This document shows positions 1-11,254 of a stretch of DNA of 64,000 nt, piece after piece. Each line of letters opens with the position of its first letter. Position 1 is the first letter of the stretch. The notes beneath the pieces were generated by a model. It did no database searches and was not told where the DNA came from. It saw only the letters and a program-made list of their open reading frames with translations. This stretch comes from Eledone cirrhosa. Lineage: Eukaryota. A program made the translations under genes and the position numbers. The stretch is taken from assembly GCA_964016885.1 (NCBI GenBank), contig OZ024742.1, positions 234,112,001-234,176,000 of the forward strand, read 5' to 3'.

Positions 1-2580
1 TTCAAATTCACGAACGTTTAGAGGTCATTGTTTTAGGTGCCAGGGCGCGCACATGGCGAGAGACTGTAGAGAGTCAAGGCCAGACATGCTACTGGTGTAA
101 GTGGCCATGGCCACATCACTACCAGTTGCGACTAGGGAAATGGTCCAAGGGGGGCTACTGCACCGGTAGCTACCCCTCGCGAGTAGAGATGCTGCCCATG
201 GTGAAAGTCTTTGTGAGGGGAAAACCATTACGATCCCTCGTGGACAAGGGCTGTACGACGACACTAGTGACCATGGGGGTGGTGCAGAAGTGGAGAGGGA
301 TGAGTAGCGTAAAGGCAGTCGACGGTAGGAAGATTGAATGTCGAGGTCGTAGCGAGGGGGAGATGGTGGTACGGGGAAAGAAAATAAGGCTTTCGGCCAT
401 TGTGATCGACTGCGTGGTGGATGGAATCGGCGTAGTTATGGGCATGGACGCGATTGGCCATTTAGGAGGCGTCACAGTGAACGATGGCGGCGTGACGTTT
501 GGCGGTGCCGCACCAGTATGCGCTGTGAGTACGCGACAGGAGAATGAGATGACTGACGAGGAAAAATATGCCGCTTACACTGTACAGGATAAGGACTTCA
601 AGGCTGTGTTCAACGGGCAACGATTGGTTGTTGAGTGGTACTGGAAGGGAGAACCACCAACACTGAAGAACAAAGTGGGCTGCTATCAGCACACATTGAA
701 AGGGGACATTAGGAGTGAGTTTGAGCGAGAGGTAGAGAGATGGATCAAGGAGGGCATACTGCTTCCCTGGAAAGAGGAGGTGAAGTGTGGGGTACTGCCG
801 TTGATGGCGGTGGCACAACCCATGAAGAACAAGGTAAGACCGGTATTGGACTTTCAGGAGCTGAATGAGCACGTGTCATGCCACACGGGTGGCGAGGTCA
901 CAGATGTCTGCGGGGAAACCCTGCGTGAGTGGAGACGTATGACGGGGGCTTCCACAATCGTCGATTTAAAGTGGGCATATCTACAGCTACACATAGATGA
1001 GAAGCTGTGGCAGTATCAGCTGGTCAGGTATAAAGGCCGGACATATTGCCTGACCAGGCTCAGCTTCGGGCTGAACTCTGCACCGAAGATCATGGCGCCG
1101 GTCCTCAAGACCATTCTGGAAAAGGCCGACAAGATGAAGAGGGTTACCAATTCCTACATTGACGACATCCTAGTGGACGAAACTGTAGTGTCAGCGGCGA
1201 AGGTCACGAGCCATTTACAAGGGTACGGATTTACCGCGAAGCCATTGGAGGCATTGGAGGGAGGAGCTCGCTGGGACTTAGGCTGCGAAGAGACAAAACG
1301 GGCACGTTAGTATTTTGGAGGGGAAATGAAGTCCCGGAACTGGGCCCAAATATGAATAGACGGGAACTCTTCTCGGCGTGTGGAAAATTGGTGGGTCACT
1401 ACCCAATCGCTGGGTGACTCCGGATGGCATGCAGCTATGTCAAGAGACGAGCGGAGAGGGTGACTTGGAGTGACAAAATGGGAGAGAGGACGGTGGCCAT
1501 GATGCAGGAGATTGTGGGGAGGGTGAAGGCCGACGACCCAGTGCGAGGACGCTGGTATGTCTCCGAATCGCAGAGCGGGACCGTATGGTGTGATGCCAGC
1601 AGCATAGCGTTAGGTGTCACATTGGAGATAGGAGGTGTTGAGGTCGAGGATGCAGCCTGGCTCAGGAAGAAGGATGATTGCAACCACATCAATGTGGCCG
1701 AGCTAGATGCAGTGTTGAGAGGGGTGAACCTCGCCTTGAGGTGGGGACTGCAGCCATTGAGATTCGCACCGACTCGTCTACTGTACTCGGATGGGTGAGA
1801 TCAGTGCTTACCAGCGAGAAGAGAGTGCGAACGAGAGGGGCGGCAGAGATGCTGATAAAGCTCCGCCTGGGAACTCTAGGAGAGCTGGCTGCCAAGTTCA
1901 ACCTGAGGTTGAGTGTGGTCTACGTGCCCTCAGAGAAAAATAGAGCAGACGTTCTAACCAGGATGAAGAAAGCCTGGATGGAAGCGCCGGAGGATGTAGA
2001 AGAGGGGATAGCTGCTGTGTGTCGGCTGAGCGAGTCGGAGCTTAAAGGGTTGCATGACATGCATGGGAGTGGATAGGACCCTGTTCCTAGCCAGGAGAAT
2101 CGACTCCGACGTTAGCAGACACAGTGTCCAGAGAGTGGTCAGAGGCTGCGTTCGATGTCAGTCTATTGATTTCGTCCCGGCTGTGCACAAGACGGGAAGT
2201 CTCCCGGTGGATCGCGATTGGCGGTGGACGTAACACACTACCAACAGGGAACATACCTCTCAATGGTTGACTGTGGACCGGGACAGATGGTGATATGTAG
2301 GGAAATGAAGATGGGAATGGCGGAGGAAATCACACGGACGTTGAGAGAGGTGTTCTTGGAGCGGGGCCCTGTGGATGAACTGCTGATGGACAACAGCGCA
2401 GCGTTCCGCTCTGAGGCGCTGAGGGAGATGCTTATGGGTGGAAGGTGGACCGCTTTTTCAGACCAGCATACAGGCGGAGCGGAAATGGAATCGTGGAGCG
2501 ACACCACCACACAATCAAAGCAATGGCGGAGCGGGGGCACATCTCACCAATGGAGGCAGTGTTTTTGCATCATGGTACAT
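1..2580 (+). mobile_element. Degraded Ty3/Gypsy LTR retrotransposon internal region (gag Zn-knuckle end, protease, RT, RNase H, integrase); no 3' LTR seen
   Basis: CFRCQGAHMARDC knuckle near 28-66; protease-site LVDKGC; RT motifs RPVLDFQELN, DLKWAYLQL, FGLNSAP, YIDD (ORF 126..1310); RNase H WCDASS / INVAELDAV / TDS / NRADVLTR; integrase AVDVTH..MDNSAAF..GNGIVERHH. Domain order PR-RT-RH-INT; stops and frameshifts present. Confidence 0.95.
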
Positions 2581-2814
2581 TTGGCATTGGAAAAACGCTG
2601 TGGTGCAACATCCAACCCACTTATATATCCTTGGTGTTCTAAGTTTGTGCTTATACTGTTTAATGATTTAACCAGGCCTGCCAACACTATCTTATCATTG
2701 GCACCAACCAAGTCAATCTTAGTGGTAAAAAGATACCATGGATAGCTACAATACACACCTGCTTACAATAGCAAGCCATATTAAATAGTAAGTATTTAAT
2801 TGTTTGGCACAGTG

Positions 2815-3005
2815 AGGGTGGTGGATTAGTAGTATTGTTTGATTGCCAGTCAAAATGCTTTGTGATATTTTTGTTTCCACTTTCTACGTTCTGTGTTCAA
2901 ATCCCACCAAAGTCAACTTTGCTTTCATCCTTCCAGGGTCGATATAATCGATTTTCGCCTTCCCAAAAATTGCTGGTCATGTGCTGATGCTAGAAAGAAT
3001 TATTT
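2815..3005 (+). mobile_element. tRNA-derived SINE (family A), degenerate
   Basis: B-box GTTCAAATCC followed by body CTTTGCTTTCATCCTTCCAGGGTCGAT and tail TTGCTGGTCATGTGC, matching the copies at 62.9-63.3 kb. Confidence 0.8.
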
Positions 3006-3261
3006 GGCAGTGCTTAATGGAAATCTTCCTAAAAAGGTTTAAATCTTGACTGTGGTTTTGATGGTAGGCAGTATTTAATGGCTAACGTATTATAGACCAT
3101 TGCACCATACACGATTTTTCCTCCTCTAGTTAACTTCATTTGACTCTTGACAAGTCATTTACACTGAAAGCATAGATAAATGTGTAGATATCAATCTTGA
3201 TTTGTTGTAAACATTTTAGAATAGTTGGACAATGAAGTGAGAATATATTATTTTTACACTT

Positions 3262-3640
3262 AAACCTGGATTGTCCAGAGGTGATGGGAAAAGACCTGAT
3301 GGCCTTACCCTTCGCCCCTGGTCGAGAGGCTAATGTCTTGTCTAGGACGTCACAGTTAGTGACTCCTTTGCTTCTTCCCACATCCTGGATGCTGCGGTTA
3401 GGGCAAGAGCCACAACTTCCGCAGCTAAACAGAACAAAATCCTAAAATACCGAGATCTGTCAGCCAACTATATTTTCCAATCTGTGGCGGGGTTAGGCTA
3501 CTGACTGCGAGATTTCTATCTTCACTGGCGGCTCGCCTAATAGAGGTAACTGGTGAAGCTCGTGAGGGTGCTTGGTTGTTCCAGCACCTCAGCCTCGCCA
3601 TCACCCGAGGTAACGCTGCAAGTGTGCTGGCTTGCCTCAA
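3262..3640 (+). mobile_element. CRE-like non-LTR retrotransposon 3' fragment (restriction-like endonuclease domain)
   Basis: Translates with stops as GLSRGDGKRPDGLTLRPW..DVTVSDSFA..KILKY..REGAWLFQHLSLAITRGNAASVL. Confidence 0.85.
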
Positions 3641-3904
3641 AAATCATTAGAGAGGTTTCCCAGTGCTCCTCGTGGTACTGTTATCTTTTACTCTGGTAGC
3701 GGCTCGGTTGTCCACCCCTTTTGCCTGCCTTTTGTTGTATGTGGTCTCAGATGTGTTTTTTTTTTGTTTGTTTTCTTTCTCTTTATTTTCTATTTTCCCC
3801 CTCTCCCTTTCCTTTATATTATAGTTGTCTGTGCTTTCGTTCTGTAAGCGTTGTATTATTATATCTCTTTTTATACAACAGGAAGAAAATTAGAATTATA
3901 ACAT

Positions 3905-4087
3905 AAAACCATTTCTTCCAACCTGAGATGTCGAAGGCGTTTGGGGGAGTTGGGTTGCTAAGTTCTCGTCATCGTTAGCGGTTCGCCTGAGGTATCAGGT
4001 GATACCCATAAGGGTGATTGGTTTTTTTTTAGCGCTTTAGCCCCACCATCACCTGGGGAATGCTGCGAGCATGTTGGCCTGCCTCAA
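3905..4087 (+). mobile_element. Second short CRE-like 3' fragment
   Basis: Nucleotide similarity to 3480-3640 and 61230-61450; ends CCATCACCTGGGGAATGCTGCGAGCATGTTGGCCTGCCTC. Confidence 0.65.
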
Positions 4088-4656
4088 AAAGTTCCAAATG
4101 ACTTTTGGGGTATGTAACGGATTGACTCACTTAGTGTTGAATTGATTTTTTTTTTCCGCTTTGATTGTCTATTTTTGTGTATCATATTTATAAGGTTCCT
4201 ATCAATAATTAATTGTTTATATTTTGTATTTCTATCTGATATAAACTAATTCAGAAGCCAAATCTATTAGCTATCTGCAATAAAGATATAATAATACAAT
4301 ATACCTTTAACTATGCGAACAGATATTAGTTCCTAACGATGTAACATTTAAAAAGAAAAACGATAACATTTCGGGAATTGATTCGAAATTTATCTGAAAT
4401 TTAACCAAAGATAATACGTGAAATTTTAAAACAAAATATAAAGACCAAACAATATAAGGGAGATAACCTTCACTGCTTCGAATTTAAAAAATTGTTTTAA
4501 ATTAAATATTTATTTACTTTACAATTTGCACCAAAGAAAATATTTCATATAATTAGAAAATAAATCAAATATTTAAAATTGATAAATCAGCTCAGCATTA
4601 ATCAATATTATAATATCGCAGCTTGAGATTTTGAAAGTTTAAGTATCGTATATATA

Positions 4657-4875
4657 CAGTCTGTTCGCTTTTTACGCGAAGATGCATTCTCACGAACGCC
4701 GCGCGTAAAGCAAATTCTCGTAATTCAAGTCTAAATTTCTGATAAATAAAAAAAAGTTAAAACTGCATGCGTTATAGCGCGTTATTCTCGCAAAGTGAAT
4801 AGTTAATAATATTTTTTCAAGAGGCGTTAAAGCGAATTCGCGTATTTCAAGTTCGCGTAAGAAATGAACAGACTA
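4657..4875. mobile_element. Tc1/mariner-pogo type MITE
   Basis: Imperfect TIRs CAGTCTGTTCGCTTTTTACGCGAA / TTCGCGTAAGAAATGAACAGACT flanked by TA repeats. Confidence 0.75.
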
Positions 4876-4884
4876 TATATATAT

Positions 4885-5470
4885 AAGCAACCATCTCCAA
4901 TTGATTTGGCTAGATCTCCAAATGAGACCGACTGAGCACATGGATGTTATCCAACTATCTTGCTCATGGTCTACCTCTGGATCTCCTGTCATTTGGCTTT
5001 GCCCATAGAATCTGTCCAGTCATTCTTTCCTTAGACATTCTAATCACATGTTCGTAGTGATGATACTGTGATTTTTTGGTTTGGAGAAGTAGCATATCTA
5101 CCTGGAGCAACTCCCTGATCTATCAAGAAACATTACTTGAAAAACCCTTCGGAGGGATGCCATTTCAGTTACTTGTCTTCGTAATTGTATTCTTTTGATC
5201 ATTACCCGCGATTCATGACAATATGGTTGACACAAAGACCAAATTGAAAATAGCAAGTTTTGTTTTCACTCCTACCTCCCTTCTTCTAATGAACAAGTAT
5301 TGAAGCTGGCACATTACTGCACCAGTTCCTGCCATTCTTGCATCTAATTCAGCCTTCAACATTCCATCACTCATGAAAATAGCCACAAGATACTTGAACT
5401 TTGCCTGTTTCGGTGGAACTCTACTCACATGCAGGCTTTCTTGGGAGAACAAGTGCCTCAGTCTTCACAG
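4885..5470 (-). mobile_element. Old RTE-like LINE fragment (RT C-terminal region)
   Basis: ORF 5213..5452 FKYLVAIFMSDG..ELDARM..KTKLAIFNLVFVSTIL; same family as 27120-27535. Confidence 0.75.
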
Positions 5471-5534
5471 CCATAATAAAGATTGTTATTAAACTCTACT
5501 TTGGCATTCAGTACTGATTTTTGCATCCATGAAC

Positions 5535-5606
5535 ATCCTCTCTGAGGTTAACCACCCATGAGGTTATCCTCTCTGAGGTTAACCACCCATGAGGTTATCC
5601 TCTCTG
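5535..5606. repeat. 31-bp tandem repeat, about 2.3 copies
   Basis: ATCCTCTCTGAGGTTAACCACCCATGAGGTT twice plus ATCCTCTCTG. Confidence 0.9.
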
Positions 5607-5659
5607 TCTGATGAACGCTATAGACGTATGTTAGGGTCCTGAAACCTTTGGTAATGGAG
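5602..5659 (+). ncRNA. Degenerate type I hammerhead ribozyme motif
   Basis: CTGATGA at 5608, GAAA at 5641, stem III ACC-ttt-GGT, triplet GTA (5651-5653), stem I CTCTGT/ATGGAG with two G-U pairs; stem II poorly paired. Confidence 0.5.
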
Positions 5660-5746
5660 TAGTTATATATTGTGTTATTCACTTTCTAATTAAATAGCTC
5701 TGTTCTATACATAGACCATTTTTTTTCCTTTGCTAGAGAGTTAGTT

Positions 5747-5749
<3 letters not shown>

Positions 5750-5803
<54 letters not shown>

Positions 5804-5816
5804 TTTTTTTTTTTTT
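5750..5816. repeat. (CA)n(TA)n(T)n microsatellite
   Basis: Direct reading. Confidence 0.95.
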
Positions 5817-5973
5817 AAGAGTTAAACAAGGTTCAATGAATACATCAAAGAATGAGTTTTACAATAGATTGGAAGCACTCAACAAAAAATGTTTTCCAGA
5901 GTTATTAATATTAATCACTACCTTGATTGAATCTTAACCATCTACCATGTCAGGGTATGTCATGTATCATTTT

Positions 5974-6038
5974 ATTTTAGCTGATGAGGACGTACTGTTG
6001 AACTTAACTCAGTACCTCTGAAATATATATAATAAAAT
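5974..6038 (+). ncRNA. Minimal hammerhead-like motif
   Basis: CTGATGA at 5981, stem II GTACTG/CAGTAC, GAAA at 6020, palindromic ATATATAT stem III, stem I ATTTTA/TAAAAT with one mismatch next to the core. Confidence 0.4.
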
Positions 6039-6250
6039 ATAATTGATCACAAGAATATCTATTTTGTTAATATTTTGAATTAATATATATACACGCGCAC
6101 GCGTGTGAGTATGTATATATGTATGTGTGTGTGTACTTAGTGATTTATTATTTTCGATTGAAGTTCTAATAAATACACTTAATCTTCGTCCAGTTAAATG
6201 CCTTGTAAGAAGCAATACATTCCACTTCGACACAATTAATCGTCTGCACC

Positions 6251-7157
6251 CTTACCTCTTGAACTAATGATGCAAAGGTTCATAGCGCATGCGCTCATTT
6301 CCTCTTTCACCTTTAGGAACGTCGGTTCTTTTTTAAGACAGTAAATATTTGCATCTAATTACTATACCGTTAATCGGGGCTTTTAACGACTACATTACAT
6401 CTAACTATAAGAAAATTAACCATGTAAAAACTTAATTTATATTGTGTTCCACTCTAAAGTTTTATTTTTATAGGAAATGTGATATTTGGCTTCTATGTTG
6501 ATTTTGTAAAGACACCCGAAGCATTCTTCCTCTACAATTGCCACTACCTGAGATTAGCTTCATACTGCTTTAAAAATAATCTACTATGAGTATTTTAGTG
6601 AAATACATATACATCTGTACTGGGACACAAATAGTTTAGTTGGGTACTATTATATCCAGATCCTTGTTTTCACTTCGCTATATAAATGTTCGGGTCTCCG
6701 TCAACAAGAGTAAATAGGAGTGGTCTCACTACAGATCGCACCCGGTTGCTTCCTGTCTAATCATGAGATATTTCTCTAACGACTACATGCCATCGTTTTG
6801 GTATACTGTCGGACATTTAAAAATATCTTTACAGTCTGTATGCATTTGGGTCGTATTCCAACTGGTATTGTAGAAGATTTCTACAATACCATCTTCTGTT
6901 TGCCAAGGTATGTAGTTTGTATATTTGGTGTGTAAATGTTGGATACGGTCAACCCACCGCAACAATTGTAGAATCTCTATTAACTATGCCTTTTAAATAC
7001 TCATCTTTCCAATACAATCTCACAAATATTGGCTTTTCCAAAACTAAATTATAATTGTAAGTTGATCTAAATTATTTAATTTACGAGAATCTCAATAAAT
7101 ATTTTATTTCGCCAAATTATGCAATTAACACGGAAGTGCATTCCAAAAGTGGTAAGT
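6251..7157. promoter_or_regulatory. Candidate bidirectional promoter with divergent splice donors
   Basis: Minus-strand donor AAGAG|GTAAG at 6256/6255 beside NRF1-type GCGCATGCGC (6285-6294); plus-strand ETS-type CGGAAGTG (7131) followed by donor GTG|GTAAGT at 7151/7152; CpG appears locally retained. Confidence 0.4.
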
Positions 7158-7829
7158 TTTTATTTATTTAATTATTTCTCTTTTCTTTTTAGTTAGACAT
7201 GTCATTCTATATTTGTGAATTTCTTTTTAATTAAAGGGGAAAACATTAATACTTGAGTTTACTCTGAATAAAATGAAATCCGGTCATTTATATTTTTCTT
7301 TCTGAAAACGATTGTAGCCATGTCATATCACGTACACAAGAAATATAACGCTAACAAATATCAATAATAAATGAAATCTTCCGTAACATTATACTGAATA
7401 ATTTCATTTCAAAATTCTACTTTCAAAACAATTATTTCCAACTGATGATTCCTTTTGATTTATGTGTAAAATCTAAACATCACATTTTCATTGCCGGAGC
7501 ATCGCACCGACATACTTTCATCCTCCACTTAATTTCGTTCTTCCACAAATTAACCTAGACTACCTTAGAATAAATACCTTGTCAATGAATAATATATATA
7601 TAAAACTAATACACCGGCAATTACCCTATTACTTTCAAAATTACATTTTCCTGGATATCTTTTAAATGTAAATTGAATACATAGGTACGCAATGTGAGTG
7701 TGTATATATTATATATGGATGTGAATATGTATGTGTCTATATATGTATGTTATATGTTTAAGCATGTGTGTATGTATATATATATATATATACACCCGTA
7801 TGCGTTTGACGGCTAACAGAAAAGTACTC

Positions 7830-7904
7830 AATAGCTAAGTCGAGTTCTTGTCTGATGACCCTATAATATACATGCGAAACTCTAGAGTAACAAGACTCGC
7901 TATT
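7830..7904 (+). ncRNA. Type I hammerhead ribozyme (Penelope-like element/retrozyme terminal type)
   Basis: Stem I CGAG(T)TCTTGT/ACAAGACTCG extended by AATAG/CTATT across an internal bulge; CTGATGA 7852-7858; CGAAA 7875-7879; palindromic stem III ACTCTAGAGT; triplet GTA with predicted cut after 7889; AATAAA just downstream. Confidence 0.75.
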
Positions 7905-7952
7905 TAGCCTTAATAAAATGAATATATATATATTTACACACACGCATACATA

Positions 7953-8051
7953 CGGGGTGTCCCCTAAAAATGAATACACAAAGGATGTGCATTATAATAA
8001 ATATGCCTGTACAGGTGATCAATGTGTGTATACATTTTTTTGAACACCCTG
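7953..8051. mobile_element. Short Tc1-type MITE
   Basis: TA-CGGGGTGTCC..AAAAATGAATACACA / TGTGTATACATTTTTT..GAACACCCTG-TA. Confidence 0.6.
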
Positions 8052-8074
8052 TATATCTATCTATATGTATAATT

Positions 8075-8615
8075 TTACGTCACCTTTTTCATGCTTGCAA
8101 GGTTTGGATGGGTCCTTTCAACACCCATCTTGCCACCTGTTGCATTCTTTTGTCAACTCCTTTCTGAAATTCAGCACCTTGTGATTAGCTTTCACTACTT
8201 CTGCCTGTTTTTTCCTCATCCTTCATCTTCCACTTGGATCTCCTGGCACTTCTTTACCAACTGCCATTATCTAAATGTGTTACATATTTGTACCAGCGCA
8301 CTCCTCTCTCTTCTCACATAACATCTAATTTCTCTTACATCCAGTTTTTTTCTTTCAACTCATCTGAACTTCGTTGTTTGTGTATACTAACGTCAAATGT
8401 CCAGCAGGGCTTACTTGCTTCATTTCTTTCCAGCTTTCGTATACCTTGTGTATTTAATGCACATGTCTCGATATCGTGCAACATTTTTCTATATATAAGC
8501 TAGCATCATGCAAACTATCTTTTGTTCGAAGAGTGAATCCCCTTATTGGCAGCAGAAGTAACTGCTGCCTAAACTTTTTCCACCCTGTTTTTATTCAGGT
8601 TACTCTGTTTTCAGA
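8075..8615 (-). mobile_element. Degraded RTE LINE 3' fragment
   Basis: Similar to 45421-46270 (TTTACGTC..CATGCTTGC tail; AAACTTTTTCCACCCTGTTTTTAT). Confidence 0.75.
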
Positions 8616-9234
8616 GCCCCCCCCCCCGGTTATTAAATTTTGCTAATCAGTCTCCGGCGAAATTTTAATTGAAGTGGTAGCATTCCCGCGACAATTAATT
8701 TTCTTTAGTATTAAAATACATTATACATGGAAAAAAGTACATTACTAAAAATCCCATACATTATAAAATAAATAGGATGGGTTGAAGTCTCAATATGTAA
8801 ACTAAACAACTAATTCTGATTTTGAAAAATCAACGGAGACAACCTAGAAAAATTATCGATTTTCCAACTCCTTGCTTCCCCCCGCCCCCCACTATTATTT
8901 GCGACCCGAGAGTACCTCTAATGGAGCCTTTCTAGTGTCAGAAAGATTTTATTTTACTGGTGACTGCTAATTGTTCCAGTACATTTGCTACATACAATGT
9001 TTACCTACTCTCTTAACTTGCCTGTGATCCCCCCACCCTCCCCTATACCTCTTGTGTACCCATAATTTACATTGATACAATACCATATGGAATTCCTACC
9101 TATTCCTTTTCAGCATATTGTGCAGCCATTTCTCTGATGGCACCAGGATCCTGTCTTTTTTCTTACATATTAAATGTTGAGTCTTTGCAAAGTATATTTT
9201 GAGTCCTTTCAGTAAGGATGATATATACATAATA

Positions 9235-10378
9235 GTCATCCATGATAGAGTTCTTCAATCACCTCTCTACTCTCCTTTCCAAGTCCAATGCCATCCAAGT
9301 AGGACAAAATAGATCTAACTACAAATGCATGACATCCCACACCAACTGGAAGCAACGTACAATGCTGTCCTCAACCCTCACACAACTCTGAGTTCTTCAT
9401 ATTTTATGTTCTTTCTTGCTTTCCCAAGGCATTGTCATCTCAACAACCAGAACACTTTTCGTTGAGCCAGATCATGGCATAAGGTTGTGGTATAGTGTTG
9501 TTATAGTAGTATGGCTTGAGAATACTAGTGTCTTTTTCTTGTCAGTCTGTACTTTCCAATCGTTGGCTCCTGCAGTGCCTTTTCTCACAAACTTTGTGGA
9601 AGACGCCTTGATGCAGGCATGCATTGGTATTCCTTGTGTTAATAACGCTACATTGCTTTTGTAATGTATTAACGAGGACATTCAGTATTTGGTTATGTTG
9701 CTAAGTCCGGGATGGCTTCTATATTCCCAGTGCATGTACCAATGATGCATAACCTCTGCACCAATGACCCTCAGCAGTGTCACTCTAGTCCCATTGTTTA
9801 AATATTGGCAGGGGATGAAAGCACATCATTCATACACTGCTGTCAAGTGAAATTGTAACGTGATCAACTCTGTTTTCCATAATCTGTCCAAGCATATTGG
9901 CTCCATAAACCTATTGGTTTGGTTGCATGCTGTTCCTCTTCTGATACATTTCTTCAGATACAATTTCTAGCCCTCCTTTGTTTTGGTAGGATATATATTT
10001 GTTGTGTTTGTCCCAGCTCTGCTGTGTGTCTGCATGCACCTCTCGCTGCCTTCATTTGCTCTGCTTCCTTCATCGCTTTACTCACTCTTTATTTTCTTCA
10101 TGTCACTACTTGGTTGGACAGCATGAACAATGGGATCTTTCATATCTCATAATATTATGAGACTTTTACTACTTTAAATTCCTCTGCCAGAGATGTTAAA
10201 AGCAGTTGGTTTTGCAGTGGTGCTATAAAGCCCAACTTTTGTAAAGCTTGGCAGGTGAGACCTAGCCATTTTCATAGGAAACTGCTAACACATTCCTCAA
10301 TTATCTCCACTATTGTCATAGGTATTTCATAGTCTTGATAGCACCATATTTTAAACTTCCCAGGCAACCTGCTGTTGT
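9235..10378 (-). mobile_element. HERO-like RLE non-LTR retrotransposon relic
   Basis: Minus-strand peptides RLPGKFKIWCYQ, SLAEEFKV, KFVRKG..ANDWKVQTDKKKTLVFSSHTTITTL, SVLVVEMTMPWE, KYEEL, LPVGVGCHAFV, matching the HERO C-terminal pattern (from recall). Confidence 0.75.
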
Positions 10379-11254
10379 TAATAGTAAACATTAATTTTAC
10401 TACAGAATAATATTGAACAGTACTTTTCTAAAGGTGAATGTTTTCAAGATTTTTTTTTTATTAAGACATGAACAAGAATTCATGATTTATAGTTAAACCC
10501 TGAACTTGTCCTATGTCATCATAATTTTATGTCTGCTTTCTATTGGGTAGGTATAAACTATGTGGAAACCTATCAAGTAAACTACTTCTTGTCAGGTGAT
10601 AAATTTCATCCATCGCCTAGTTTATCTTTAATGGAGTTCACTCTGTTACCAGTTTGTAGGCCAGGTCTGCAGTATGAGAAAACCTCTATTGTGATGTGCT
10701 GCATCCCATTTAGCAGCCCATGATTTATGATTTTCCCCTCTCTTTTCTCCAATTAGCCTCAGAAGCCTTGCAAAACTGCTAGCACTGCCCTTTCTCCTCT
10801 GACTAAACCATTAATGGGGGAGGGGGGGGTTCCTCAAATTACTATACAACAATCAATACTTCACCAGACTGAATTTTGAGGAGTGGTTTTAAGTCAACAG
10901 TACCTCAGATATTTCTTTCTTTTTATCTATTTTGTGTGTGTGTGATCCTCCACCTCGAACTAACTTACCCTCTGCCTCTTTGTCCCCAGACACAGAATAA
11001 CAGCAAGGGAGACACGCTGGAACAGCCACTCAACCTCGTGGGGCTTACACCTGTGAGTAGCTAACTCCATTCTGATAGCAGTGAGCAGGGATGTGGTCTG
11101 GATACCAAGAACGCCAATTGTTTTAAGTTATGATGAATGTTATTGTGCCACTCACTATAAAGTATATTTTATTACTTCTCTAATAAACTCTTGATGACGT
11201 AGTCCAGCACTTACACTTGTTATGATTTGTTGTTATCCTACTCTATCACTGTAG

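Noticed and set aside
6783-6965. Short minus ORF with integrase-like words (RWVDRIQHL, YNTSWNTT)
   Set aside because: Spacing does not fit an integrase and the adjacent frames give no support
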